From Hemiscyllium ocellatum (Eukaryota), in assembly GCF_020745735.1 (NCBI RefSeq), contig NW_026867619.1:62001-126000 (forward strand): a DNA stretch of 64,000 nt, given 5' to 3'. The notes below the pieces were generated by a model, which had not been told where the DNA came from, did no database searches, and worked only from the letters and a program-made list of their open reading frames with translations. Positions 1 to 13,205 of this stretch are shown here, in pieces. The stretch's first letter is position 1, and each line of letters opens with the position of its first letter. Position numbers and translations under genes: made by a program.

Positions 1-141
1 TACACACATGAATAGGTAATATATAAAGGTTCACGAAACAGGACCAGGCAGGTAGGACTACATTACTTTGGGATTCTGTTGAGAACGGACTTATTGGACC
101 AAATAGTCAGGTTCCATGCTCTATGACTCTGTGATTCTATG
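1..141 (+). mobile_element. CR1 LINE 3' end
   Basis: CR1-type 3' UTR ending in a ctatgactctgtgattctatga tail. Confidence 0.65.
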
Positions 142-1199
142 ATCGTGCCACAAATTATTTTGTACTGATTCCTGCATTGCAGCTTTAACTGTGCATTTAA
201 TTGTGAGCGGGCAGTTCCAAAGATGGCGATCCTGCAGATTCACAAAGATCATACACAGTTATAGATCACTCTTTTTACCAGATCGCGTCATATTGAAATG
301 TCTAACGTTTTGTCACGAACAGAGAATTGAAAAGTTTTTATTTAAGTTTGATGTTTCATTATCATCAAAGTAATGTGGACGTGTATCGAGTGAAGACATG
401 ATCTGAACAGAGTGTGCAGAAACCAGTTTGATGGTGATGACAATGAAATGTGAGAGTTTCCTTCCCTATTCTTTCTAACAGGCTTGTACATGAAGTTATG
501 CTGTGCACCTGAAACAGTATCATGTGACGACCAAATACCTGGATCACATAGAGAAGGAAAATACATGCTACACGTCAGTAATTGTCTGGAAAATTGCAAT
601 CAATATTCAGTATTGTAGAGAGATAATGCATCATTGGTACATTTTCATGCAATCTTTAGTATAGGATAAAATTTACTGTTCCGGAAGGCTCATTTTTTAC
701 ATGCTCTGTCCAAGTAAAATAGCCGTCAGACACAAAGCAAGATCTCTACACATTCCCCAGTAAAGCAATCCGATGTCAGATTACAGAGTAAAGCTCTACC
801 TGCACTATTGGTCTCACGCATTCCCAGAAAAGGTACAACACATGTTGGATAAAGTGAGAGACTCTTCCTGTTTGAAGTACCAAATATTCCCAAGGTAGGC
901 GCTTATTCTGAACTTTCCAGATGGCAAGGAGTGTGTCTTTATGATGAAAATGAGCTCTGTGCTGTGTTAGCAAATCAACTGTAGTATAGTAACAAGAAGA
1001 AATTGACAGATCTCAAAGCGGTGACGTTGTAGAGAGTATATTTGATGAATGGGAGATTGGGTGAAAGAGGGAATACTTTACAATTTGTTTTCGTTGGGTG
1101 GGCAATACTCAATACTTGGTTATTAACATGATGCAGCGGATGGAGATTTTTTTGAGACGAAATGGTAAAGAGTTCAACACGTTATAACTGGTTAGAAAC

Positions 1200-2170
1200 T
1201 TTTGATTATGCTCAGACATCTCCACCGATAAGAAGTGGTCACCCAGCGAAATATGGGATTCTGGGACGCTCAATGTCCTGGAGAGCAACGTATCTCCAGG
1301 AAATGTCATAGTCTGCATAAACGTTTCTCCACTTCCTGTAACAAGAGTGGCTGTGCCCCATGCAGGATAGGAGGATTAGAGAAATAACACATTTGTGTAG
1401 GTGGTCCCACCATAGTTTCAGGGTGTGCGTGCAAAGTGGGAATGCATGAAAATCCAGAAGTCTACTGAGAGTAACCAAATCTCACACCAGTTTCCTACTT
1501 TTGGCACTTGTGATGGAGAGGATTCATCGGTGGAATGCAGACACAGACATATCAGTGACAGCAGGAAACACCTTATCTGAACAAAAATAGAGGGAGAAGA
1601 GTGGGCATGCAGTATTGGGATTGTGTTCTTTCGGCAGAGGAACATGCTTCAGATTCCACATTTATAAAGATGCCTTCAGCGTGCTCTGATAACCGCTCTG
1701 CTGCAAGGGGAAAGGATATTACAGAACAGGTGCAGGAAATTCAGCTGGAGCAGGATCAAACGGCAGAGGTATTGCTCCATATTGGTAGCAACGAATACGA
1801 TAGAATGGTGGGGATGTTAAAATAAACGGAAATTTGAGACAGCTCGCAGCAAGGTTGAAAGGCAGAATCCGTAGCACCGTGATCTCACACTGAGTGACAG
1901 TCCAACGTGCTCGTGATGATCGAAACAACCATTGAGTAATTGAAATGTGGCTAGAAGTCGGACTTGGGAGTCAGGCAGCATTGTTAAGGGGCAATGGGAC
2001 CAGCTCTGGAGCAGATTGGACCTCAACACGATGGACAATTTACATCTTGACATGGCTGGAATGAACATTGTCTCATGCAAGGTTTGGATTGCTGTTGGGG
2101 AGTTAACAAATGAGATGAGAATTGGGCTGTGAATGTTAGAAGGATGTTGGCTTCGAGAGAAGGCTGCATT
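1200..2170 (+). mobile_element. Degraded CR1 ORF1 (SGNH esterase) remnant
   Basis: EVLLHIGSNEYDR and LHLDMAGMNIV resemble the VVHVGTNDIGR block of the better preserved ORF1 at 25345-25692 and the downstream catalytic-His block. Confidence 0.55.
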
Positions 2171-3124
2171 CATATTGTGTTCTTCCCCTAAGCAGTTTTT
2201 GGGTCTTCCTTTCCTGGTTCCTGAATTGTTCCCAATCCTCAGTCTTGCCTTTTATTCTGGCATTATTATCTGACATTTCATTTGATGTATTGCAATACAA
2301 TATGTAACTTTTTAACCGTCACAGCAGCTAACATCTTCAGCAGTTAACAGCATTTTCAGCATAATACAACATGAAACACTATTATAGAGCATTTATAAAA
2401 CAAGATTTAAGTCAACTTGCAAAAGGAATGCAATCAGTTGACAACATGAAATGTGAAAATACGTGACTAAAATATTAAAAACGAAAATTTGGAGATTAAT
2501 ATGTCGAATGTCACGACGGTTATTGGATGATCAAGAAATTGAATTTGCTAGAAAAACAAATCAGGAGGGTGGAAGGAACTTAAACAATGTTAATATGTAG
2601 AGTTTCTCATCAGGCGTCAGGCCGATGTGGCACTTGAATACCCGGCTCCAGAAATAACAGTGGAATGAATGACTATCTCACCAATTATAAGCTCAGGCAT
2701 GGATGGGTTTAAGAGCTGCGTTGCACATAGAAGCAATAATTGTTGGTAATAATGCAGTATATTTTTGAATTCATCTCAAGTTGAAATATGAATTTACAAA
2801 CAGGATTCATTCAGAATCAGTTCCTGCTGAGCTTGATGGAGATAGTGAGAGACACAAAATATTTTTTTGAAAAAAACTGAGTATTTGTGTCTCCTCTATC
2901 ACATTCAACTCCATGCCAGCCTTCGGGGACCGTCTGTTAGTGAGCCCTTTGATTGGACCTCGGATTCCCTAATCAACATAGCAGCTGTTTGGTGGAAAGA
3001 AACGTATATATAAAGCGAATGGTACCGTTAGGCCGGGGGAGCTAAATAGGAACAAACTGATCAAAGTATTGCAGAAAAAGGATCTCAAATCAAAAGACAG
3101 GCGTTTTCAATGCATGCTGTTTCA

Positions 3125-3130
3125 TTTATT
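3125..3130 (-). terminator. Candidate polyadenylation signal of gene A
   Basis: AATAAA on the minus strand about 420 nt past the stop codon. Confidence 0.4.
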
Positions 3131-3547
3131 TAATCAATATCTTGTTTTTTTAAATTTCGGTCCAGATATGTGGATCAGTGAGTTCAGTGCAGAAGAGTAG
3201 ACAGGAGTTTGTCATTGAGATTCCCAGTCTGGCGTGCTGTGTTCAAAGTTACTTTTCTCCAGGTCATTTATTTTTGGATCTGATTCACTCACTGAGAACA
3301 CATTGCTTTGCAAAACTGATAGTTTGGCATGCCCAGTATCTCTTGTAGTTATGCTTTTGTTGTTCAGATATCTACTAAGTGTGGCTCACTGCTCACAATA
3401 TTTTGCACTAACTTTGTTCCATCAATATCTTTCGTTTTGCTACTGGTAGAAAAGGAATGTTATCACGTTGATACTCCTCATTCTCATTTCGGTGCATTCC
3501 ACACGTGGCCTTCTCATTCTATTGTCTATTGTTTGTAATATTGGCTC

Positions 3548-4434
3548 TCAGATGGATTTATTAATCCACTGAATTAGTTTGCTGCCGGGATATTTCACGA
3601 CATACTTTAACTGGGCTCTGAACTTTTTCTGTGTCACCACATAAATAAATGCATTTGTGCAGCAACTGAGGTTCCGCAGCATATATGCGACTTGTTCAAA
3701 GAGATAAAAATCAGCAGAAGTTAAGGAATAACCGGCTTCAAATAAATATAGAATACACACCAACCAGAGAAGTATGAAGCTGGCGGATATGGCAAAGAGT
3801 AAAGCCATGGAATTCCGTCGGCTCTCTATCTCCGAGTCATTCTCTGTCTTCGTCTGCCCCCGCAGTCCCTTACGAACCTCAACAGCCTCAAAGATATGTC
3901 TTACTGTCAGAACGTTGATAAAAAGAACGAAAGTGAATGGGAGTAATGGTGTTAGAAAATGTGCAAAATATTTAAAGCTTGCCCAACGACGGTCTTGAAA
4001 ATAACTGGACTTGGTATAACAGTACCATGGAATATTGTTGCTGATACTTCCAGGTTTAAATCGAAAGTAGAAAGGAATGTTCTTTAAAGAAAAGAAAATG
4101 CAGATCGTTGCTAGAAGCCTCATTGCTGTTTTCTCTGTGCAATACTTAATTTTCATCTGATGAAAACAAATGGCGACCATTCGATCAAAAGTAAAAGCAG
4201 CAGTGAACCAGACAGAACAGTCAATGGTCAAACGGCTCAGGACGTGGACGAAACTACAAACAGGGGTGATGTCCAGGAAACACTTTGGATAATAATATGT
4301 GCGAAATCGGAAAAGTACAATATCACACACAATGAAGAGAAGATCAGACGTTGCCATGGCCACCAGATAGCGAGTGGTGCATTTAGAAAGACCACAGTTG
4401 CCCCAAGCCAGCAATGCAATAACCAACAGACTAA
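3548..4434 (-). CDS. GPR139/GPR142-like class A GPCR, gene A, coding exon 2 (end of TM1 to C-terminus)
   Basis: Open 7TM frame: TM2 YLVAMATSDLL, TM3 C...DCSVWFTAAFTFDRMVAIC, ECL2 PWYC, TM5 HFLTPLLPF, TM6 FILLW, TM7 SCCTNAFIYVVTQKKFR. Strong acceptor on the minus strand: tttttccctttctctctcttacag|TT at 4435/4434, phase 1. The TTG start at 4465 in the ORF track is intronic. Confidence 0.93.
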
Positions 4435-4749
4435 CTGTAAGAGAGAGAAAGGGAAAAAGAAACAACAGAAGTTCAAGTTACGGATAATTATTTGTCCGCG
4501 CCTGAGCTCAGTCTGAAAGAGATTTTCGCACAAGATAATTGTTGTTCCATATCATATGAATTTTAATGAGTCGGTACTCCTGAAATAATTGTGATTTCTC
4601 ATGAGATTTGTAGGTCAACTTGTGCTGCACGTTCTACATTTCCTCATGAGTTGGGCAATATTTTCGCAGAGGTTTTATCACCTTAGTAACAACGGCAGTG
4701 AGCCTCCGATGAAGTGCCAGTGTTCTGTCCCGCTTTTTGCTTATGTATG

Positions 4750-5175
4750 AAATGCACTGCAGAGACTGCAACAAACACTACATTGAACCGACTGGCAGTT
4801 GACTAACCACAAGGAATCATGAGGATCAACTAGATACCAAAATTCTTATGGGATTCTGATACAGAGACGATGAAGGTCACCATTTCGACAGGGACAGTGT
4901 ATACGTCCTGTTCAAGTCTAACCTCGACATTCATGGGAATTCCTGGAGGAGTGGCATTCAAACAAGAACTCCATGAAGATACAAATCGATTGGGCCCCAT
5001 TTACCAAACACTCTGACAATGAACTGGAATTGATATCACCCATCGCAACAGACTAAGAAACGTAAATAGTAAACGGGACAGAGCACCAGCGCTTCAACAG
5101 AGGCTCACTTATGATATTAACTGGCATGGTGCGACGAAACGTCTGAGACCAAACCTATCAGCTCAGCGAACAAAT
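4750..5175 (+). mobile_element. Penelope-like element fragment (GIY-YIG plus pLTR), family B
   Basis: Degenerate match to 40570-41040 (gactgcaacaaacactacatt, ggaattcctggagg..tggcattc). Mutated hammerhead core near 5104-5147. Confidence 0.75.
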
Positions 5176-6099
5176 TTACATTCTAGAATCATTCCTTGCA
5201 ACTTTGAAAAGGCACAGAGAATGATATGGTCGTGTAATATATGATTTATTGATGGAGGCGGTATTTGATTTCTTCTGCTTTATTGATTCGTCTGGCTGAC
5301 TGGATAATCCCATAAAACCATAACATGCACAAAAAGACACCCGCAAATATTGAAAACATGAATAGAAGGAACTGAATTCGAACAGGGTTTGCAAAATTCT
5401 TGCATTGCTTTTGGAGCCTTCATAGTTGAGATTACGTCTAGAATTGTGCATCCACACTAGATAATCTACAGTACAACTCATTGAAGTACTCTACACTATC
5501 CAAGAATGGATGGCTTCCACGATATGAACAAAAAAGTGATAGGGCATTTTAACATTCCGACAATCTGAACAATGGTGATTTTCAACATACCACCACGTGG
5601 TGTGCTGAAAATCCAATCACGACATCACAGGTTGGATACCCAACACAACCAGATGAACTTGGCTATTGAGCAGGGACTCACGCAACCCGTCCAATTCGGT
5701 ACACTCAAACAAAACCTGAATCCATACAATTGTCATTGCAATGTTCTGGTTTGGAAAACAGACACTCTATCTTGTCTTCAGCAAAGCGTCCTGCGTCATT
5801 TAAGTGTCCTGCACCTGTGCTCGTCTTCTGGGAAGTCTCCGTGGAAACAGAGATCCTTATCTCATATTTAGAGCACAGTTTGGTTCAAACATACTCCATT
5901 GTTTATCCAGCATTATCCATTGAGATGAGCTGAATTATTTTACAGCCCGTTTCAGGAGAAGTAGACATTGTACAAACCGATTGGCATCAGAGACTGATTT
6001 TCTGGATTATTGCCAATGTTCTCGATTGTGGAAATGGTGGACTAATGCCTTATTACCTATTAACTATAAACACAGTGTTATGGTCCTGGCCAGTCCACA

Positions 6100-9000
6100 C
6101 AATACATTGCAGGAAGGGAGCCCTGAACCTTACTCGCCAGTTGTTTCCAACAGATGTCAGTTGAATATTCCAGGAGCGAAGCATTTGGTCAAAACGGAAT
6201 TTGTTTACTCACAGACGAAAAAAGAACAGAACTATTTTAAAACACAACTGATACTAAAACGTAACATAACGAAGAACTGTTCCTATTTCCTGTAACATCA
6301 CAAAACCATATCCCTTGGTCAAATGGTAAATTCAAACGCAGGATTCCACAGAAGAGACAAGTCAGAAACAGAGAGGATCAGCATTGACCTGGTTCTTTTG
6401 GGACCAGGTAAAGTTAACCCAAAACAAGAAAACATCCTGACCTTGGAGATTGAACCACTCCCCTTTCATTGCACACGTGTCTTAAAAAGACTGAATGCCT
6501 TTTTTGCATGTTTGACTTAGGAAGCTTCGACTCAACATTATTAAATGGCAGTTCAGACATTACAGCACTTCTGACTTTATGACCCTTCTTGAAAAATAAA
6601 CAAAATTAGCATAATCGTATTAAATGAGGAACAACTGCATGTTTCCCCACTGAAAACAGAACTGAAACATCAATATCCAAAGATACCTTCATTATAAAAC
6701 CACTTAAATTTCGATTGTTGGTTCACGACAATGCAGACACGTTACATTGACTGTAACCATGTAAACACGCGATATTGCATTCTACTTCAAGCTCGTTATT
6801 GCTGCTAGCAGCCACTTCCATTTGTCGACCTAGACTTCACAATATGTTGGTCATCATCTTTTCTCGTCCTGCCACGTGCACGATTTTCAAATGGAGTGAC
6901 TGCAAAACCAAGATCTATCAAGATACACTGGTATGTTTCACCTTAATTCTCTCTACAGTCGTAAAATGTGTTAGGATCCGTGTATATGATTGTCTCAGAT
7001 CCATTAGTGGTAACGTGAACGTTGAAATACTGTAATGCCAATCGTCAACTCAAAGTCGCCTTTCCATTGCCGAAATCTTCTGTTGTAGAATGTTCAATAT
7101 CCCGGAGAAATACCCAATAAATGTATTACGTACTCCTGTCTTCCAGAACGAACACAGCACCGACATCCAAATCAATTGGATAGATAGACATCTGGAAAGG
7201 CTCTGTGTATTTAGGTGTGGCTAATACAGGGGTGTCAGAGCTTTTAGGATCTCAAATGTATTCTGGCTGTCCGCTGTCCACCGAATCTTACTGCCTTGCT
7301 TCAGCAACTCACTGAGTATAGTAGACATACAAATAAAATTTGGAACGACCTTCTGAATAAATCCATTCAATCCCAGGAACTGTGGTACTCTTCGTTTCGT
7401 CGATGGTATGGGAAACTACGAAACTACCTTTTTTTGCAGCCCAGGAAGTATTTTGTCAATGTTTAGTAGCATGGCACAGGATGCGACTTTGGCTTTGGAA
7501 AATGCACCCTTAGCCAGATTTATCAGCATGCCTGTCTCCCACTGTCGATAAATGTTGCAAATGTTCCTTCATGTGTTGATAAAAGTCACCAGGTCATCGA
7601 AACAAATTGCACAACCTGTTAATCCGGCAATTATCTTGTTGGTTTGTTATTGAAATATGGCTGGCGCATTTTCCTTGACAAATGGCATGAATTAAAATTG
7701 GTGTAATTTATTCGGCGTTACGAGAACCAAAATGGTCTTCAATCTTTCCGACAGTGTTAACTCCCAGTGCCCTCTGAGCATGTCCAACTTATAAACATAA
7801 GTTGCTTGCCCCTCGTTAAACACAGCCTTCCACAAGGGGAATTGGATACGGATCAGACTTTCCAAGTCCATTAAATTTGTGGTAGACAACAAATAACCAT
7901 TAGGTACCATCTGGTTTTGGAAGCATTACGACGGATGAGCTCCAGTGTCTAACTCAATTCTCTTATGTTCACTTGGAGCATGCGTTCAATGTCCTTTTTA
8001 AATTGTGCCAATTTGAGGTTTACGCTGATACAGATGTTGCATTATGAGAACAGTATTTCCTATTTCTAAATCATGTATAATTAAGTTAGCATTTTCCAGC
8101 TTATTTCCATTTATCTCCCTATTTAATAGCAAAACACTCATTCAGGTAATTTTGATTTTACTCTGAAAGGTTTATACCAATTTTTAACAATATCCACGTT
8201 GTCCAATTTAATCTGTGAAATGTCTATTTCAGAATCCTCTGATCTTGGTTCTTCCTTCTCCTTTTGACTTGTTTTTAACGGTGTACCTGTCACTGGAAGT
8301 AAAATTAATACCTTATCTCCCAGAGTAAAATGGCGAGTTTTTTATTTATTTGTCGTCTGGTTCATTGCATGCTGTGACACATTTTAATACTTTCTACACA
8401 ACTCCTATGATCTTCTTTGTCGTTCCAGAAATATCGACACTTAATCCAAATATACGGTCTCCGAATTAAGACTTAAAATTTTCTCCTTGATTAATTTTCG
8501 CGTTCCTCTCACTTCATGGCCGAACAATAACGCAAATGGATGATTCATTTGGTACACCTCTGATGGCAAAACGTACAAACAGTATTTCTTTTCCACACTT
8601 ATCTGGACCGACTTGACAGTATGCCTTCGGCATCTTCATTAATGTTTGATGCCAACTTTCCAGTGTTCTCTGAAATTCTGGTTAGCATGTAGCAGATTTG
8701 AATTACTCCGTTCTGAACTGTCCATAACGTCTTTGAATAATTCTCATGCAAAGTTGGACAATTAATCTGACCATTTTTCACTTGGTATTCTATATCTAGT
8801 GAAACGTTTGAGTAAATCTTCCACAATCCTTTCAGCGATGACATTGCGTATGGAATGGATTCTGGAAATCTCGTGGTCATTCATTATTGTTAGCAAATAT
8901 GGATTTGCACTTTTTGTTTAAGTACGGATAATCTGAAATCAATTAAGGCACTCGGAAAACGGTCCTCAAAAGCAGGAATCGTTATTAACAATGCGGGTTT

Positions 9001-11230
9001 TATTACTGTCTGTGTTTTTCCAATAAGCCGACATGTATGTCATATCTAGCAAAATTCAATTACATCCTTGTACAGTCCAGGCAAAAAAAAAATGATTTTG
9101 CATTTTAGCTTGAGTTTCATAACACGAAATGACGAATCCTGGCAGTTCATGTGCTACCCCAATATCTCCTCGGAAAGTCACTGGCAATGCGATTTGATAA
9201 ACTTCTGCCCATTTCTCATCTGCCTGAATATATGATGGTCTACATTTCCTCAAAAGGCATATATTTAACATAATAACACTAAAATACATACGCAATATTT
9301 CCGTGCATGGTTTATGATAAGTTTTTTATTTTATTTTCCTGCTGCAGCTCAGTTAATTGCTGTGAGATAAAAATGTCTACTTTGTTAGCTATATGCTTAT
9401 GTCAACCAGGATCTCTGAGAATTCCCCTTCAACTTTCTTATTTGTCCTCACCTTTCAACCACAGTATGTAGAACTCCTACCTGTGCAGCAGATACATCAT
9501 TAGCAAGGACAAATTACACTCCTGGAGTTCAGGAAATGTTCAGGGCTCCTGCCATAAATACTCCACTTTTTTTCAGTGGACTCCTTAACCTCTCTCTACA
9601 TTGTTGAATACTTCTTGTCTCACCGTGAAATCCTGTTAAAAACATTTTATCTCGTAATGGCCCTTTAGAACCCCACCTGTTCTCAACTTTCAATATCGAA
9701 GGTTGATAGGATCTTGTGCTTCTTAATGTTGTATCCTCTTTACCTGCTACTCCTGGCCTCTGCAAGTGAACTTTACTTTCGCAGGTATATGTTTTAAGAA
9801 GATCTGCCACTTCCGCCTGAACCAACCTACGACCAGATTGTACATCCTGGTGCACATTTTTCGCCTCCATTGTACTTTCTGTTTGCATTCCAACAAAATT
9901 CACTGGCTTATCCTGTTTTCCTACATCTGTCTTCCTCGTGTTTTTTTTCTAACCATCAAACGCTGCGATTTCTCGCGGCCTGCTTTATTGCAGTGAAGAT
10001 ACCGGAGCTTTATAATTTCTCTTTCTGCATCAAGGGTTTTCTTTTTTGCCCTGTGGTAAATTATCCTGGCGATCTTCTACTTTCTCTTTACCACATGAGG
10101 ATTTCGCTTTACTCCCATTACTGTCTCATTCACTGAAGTTGATATTGGAAGCCAAACTTCAATTTATGAACCAACTCATAAAAACCAACCATTTTAACCG
10201 CTAATCTTGACGTTTTAATGGTCTGCTCTTCCATTAGAGTTCTCAATACCTTCGGAAGTGAATTTTTGTACTCTTACAAAATAATCGGGTCACTTTACAC
10301 TAACCCTAACCCTAACCCTAACACCCTTATCCATCTAGGAAAATTATTTTGGTTGGTCTTTTCAAACGTGGGGCAGGTGTGACCAGGGACGCTCGTGAGA
10401 CTTCTGGAACGTTGTCTGTAGGCTTCTAGTCCAAGTTCGCATGTAATTACATTGGCTTTATTCACCCTCTCATACATCCCGGATGCAAGTACTTCGCTAC
10501 CTCTATTTATCAGTTATGTTTGGATCAGCAAAATCCACATGGTTACTGTCCACTTCATCCCTTCAACCACCTTCTCAACGAAGACAACAAAGGCTTACAC
10601 ATCCTTCTCATAAAGCTTAGACGATGCTTGAATATATTTAAACACATGCTCAACAGGATATTGGCAACCATGGGTTTCCTCATCTTCACTCTCTTCCAAA
10701 CTAAGCTTAGCTTCGGCCTTCATCGCATTCCTTTTAAACTGGCTTTCATGTCCAAGTGTTAATTTATGATGTTCCAACACCCACCCACCCAATTGCTATC
10801 TTTGCATCGTCTCCTTTTCTCTTTGTTCTTCCTCATTTTCTTTTAGTACTGCTAAAGTAATTCTACCTTTCAGTTTTTGTCTACTAGGTTTTGTTCTTTT
10901 TCTTACCCCTGTTTCTAATCATAATTCAAACCGTTTCTTTTATTTTCCTCTTCATGTTTCTTTTGACTTTAACTCAAGCTTTGTCATTTTCAGTTGAATT
11001 TTATCCATCGCCAAATACTCCAATGTCATTTCCAACAAATATAAATGTTGAGCTGTTGCTGTAATTATCTCTCCTTTTCTTATGGTGTTGGTAAGAAGGT
11101 AACTCTAACTCCATCTTAACGAGCAATTCCAACAGTTTTGCTTCGTTTACCTTTTGTAAAAGACCGACAAGCACTTCTTCCACACTCCGATCAGCCGTTA
11201 CGGCCGATCAGCAGAAAGCCATAGTTGTCA
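6100..11230 (-). mobile_element. Decayed Gypsy LTR retrotransposon, Gmr1-like (gag-PR-IN-RT-RH order)
   Basis: Minus strand in order: gag (FKYIQASSKLYEKDV, ~10600), integrase (EVYQIALP..AHELPG ~9150; TTRFPESIP ~8870), RT (YKLDMLRGHWELTL ~7780; FDDL ~7595), RNase H (DVGAV..GYFS ~7110-7170). Many stops and frameshifts. Probable 3' LTR at ~6100-6620 is weakly supported; 5' LTR not seen. Confidence 0.85.
10300..10322 (-). repeat. Short interstitial telomeric repeat (TTAGGG)x~3.8
   Basis: ctaaccctaaccctaaccctaac on the plus strand. Confidence 0.8.
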
Positions 11231-11449
11231 GGTCTCTGGAACAGAGCCTGGCAGTGTGGCTCAGAAGGGAAGGGGGAAGAATAGAAAAGATCTAGTGGTA
11301 GGGGACCCAACAGTTCGACGGACTGACAGTAGTTTTTTTTTGGTCAGGAATGGTTTAGGGAATATTTGGACTAAGTGTCAAATTTTCTGAAGCGACAAAG
11401 AAGATCAGAGGAGTTGGCTAGAAAATATTAAAATGTGTCACAGCATGCA

Positions 11450-12045
11450 ATGAAACAGGAAGCAGACAATAAATGAAAGACTCGCCACTTAGCAGAGTGC
11501 TTTAGGGAATATCTTCAAGACACCCGCACCAATCACCCACACCACCCCGTGGCCCAAAATTTCAACTCCCCCTCCAACTCTGCGGAAGATATGGAGGTCC
11601 TGGGCCTCCTTCACCGCCGCTCCCCCACCACCAGACGCCTGAGGAAGAACGCCTCATCTTCCGCCTCGGAACACTTCAACCCCAGAGCATCAATGTGGAC
11701 TTCAACAGTTTCCTCATTTCCCCTTCCCCCGCATCATCCGATTCTCAAATTTCGAGCTCAGTGTTGTCACCATGTCTCGTCCGGACTTGTCCGACCTGCC
11801 TAGCTCCGTTTCTACCTATCCACTCCACCCTTTCCTCCCTGAACTATCACCTTCATCTCCTCCCCAACACAACTACTGGACTCTAAGCTACTCTCTCCCT
11901 TCCTACAACCTCCCCAATCTTATCTCTCCACGCTTCAGTCTCTCTGCCTTTATTCCTGATGAAGGGCTTTTGCCCAAAACGTTGATTTCGCTGCTCGTTG
12001 GATGCTGGCTGAATTGCTGTGCTCTTCCAGCAGCACTGATCCAGA
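11450..12045 (+). mobile_element. Penelope-like element 3' part, family A
   Basis: GIY-YIG C-terminal motifs NFNSPSNSAEDMEVLGLLH and EERLIFRLGTLQP. pLTR has ctgatgaagggcttttgcccaaaacg, a hammerhead with GAAA mutated to AAAA. Confidence 0.85.
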
Positions 12046-12398
12046 AAGTGATTTCTGTGCCCCTTTCTGATATCTTTCTGTCATCAATAGTCATAGGCGA
12101 GGTGCCAAAAGACTTGTTGCTAGCGAACATGCTGCCAATATTTAAGAAAGTTGGTAAGGAAAATCCAGGAGACTATAGACGGGTGAGCCTGACATTGGCA
12201 GTGGGTAAGTTATTGGCGGGAATAGTGAGGGACGGTATTTTCATGTATTTGGATATGTAAGGACGTATTAGTGACTGGCAATGTGTTTTGTTGCATGGGA
12301 AATCATGCCTCACTGATGTGATTGAGTTTTCCTTGAAGAAGTAAGGAGGAGGCTCGGGGCAGTGGACATGATCTATACGGAATACAGTCAGGCGTTAC

Positions 12399-13205
12399 AT
12401 GGAAAATAAAATAATTCAGTGTGGTACAAGCCCTTCTTCTTTCAACGTTGCGCTGCCGTGTGAAACCAATCTGAAGTCCACCTCACTTATACTGGGCCAT
12501 TCTTGTCCATATGACGACCCAATAACTTTTGAAAATGTCCATGAATTTGGCGAGACTACATTTGTTATATTCAGTGCGTTCCACGCCTCTAATATTCATT
12601 TGGTAAAGAAAATACCTCTGACATCGATCCTATTTCAATCAGCCCTCAATTTAAAGCTATGCTTCGTCATAATAGCAATAACCATTCGAGGAAAAATACT
12701 CTCACTCTCCACCCGACCTAACCATCTGATTATCTTCAATGACTGAATTAATCAACTCTCAACCTTGTTCCCTCGAACGAAAACAGCCTCAAGCCCCTCA
12801 ACCTCTCCTCGTAAGACCTCCCTCCCGTACCAGGCAACATCCTAATAACTCGTGGGCGGCACAGTGAGCACTGCTGCCTCACATCGCCAGAGACCCAGGT
12901 TCAATTCCCGCCTCAGACGACTGACAGTGTGGAGTTTGCACATTCTCCCTTTGTCTGCGTGAGTTTCCTCCGAGTGCTCCGGTTTTCTCCCAAAGTCCAA
13001 AAGACGTGCAGGTTAGGTTAATTGGAAATACTAAATTGTTAGGTGTAAGGGAATGGGTCTGGGTGGGAGCGCTTCGGAGGACTTGTTGGGCTGAAGGACC
13101 TGTTTCCACTGTGTCAGTAATCTAATCTAAATTTCCGTCGAGCCCTTTCAAAAGCTTCCACATCTTTCGTCTAATGCACTAACCAGTACTGCAGGCAAAA
13201 AGTCA
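12399..13205 (-). mobile_element. CR1 3' fragment (antisense, nested)
   Basis: Similar to the minus-strand CR1 3' end at 21215-21720. Confidence 0.75.
12853..13131 (+). mobile_element. tRNA-derived V-SINE (HE1-like)
   Basis: B box ggttcaattccc, V domain gtgtggagtttgcacattctccc...tcctccgagtgctccggttt, taatctaatcta tail. Confidence 0.9.

Noticed and set aside
2945-3020. Inverted CCAAT plus TATATAAAG as an antisense promoter downstream of gene A
   Set aside because: No supporting exon or ORF follows, and such motifs are common in AT-rich DNA.
4435-4465. Single-exon model for the 3548-4465 ORF (and likewise 57345-58271)
   Set aside because: The TTG starts fall in polypyrimidine tracts and TM1 is incomplete; phase-compatible upstream exons exist at 19745-19811 and ending at 33205.
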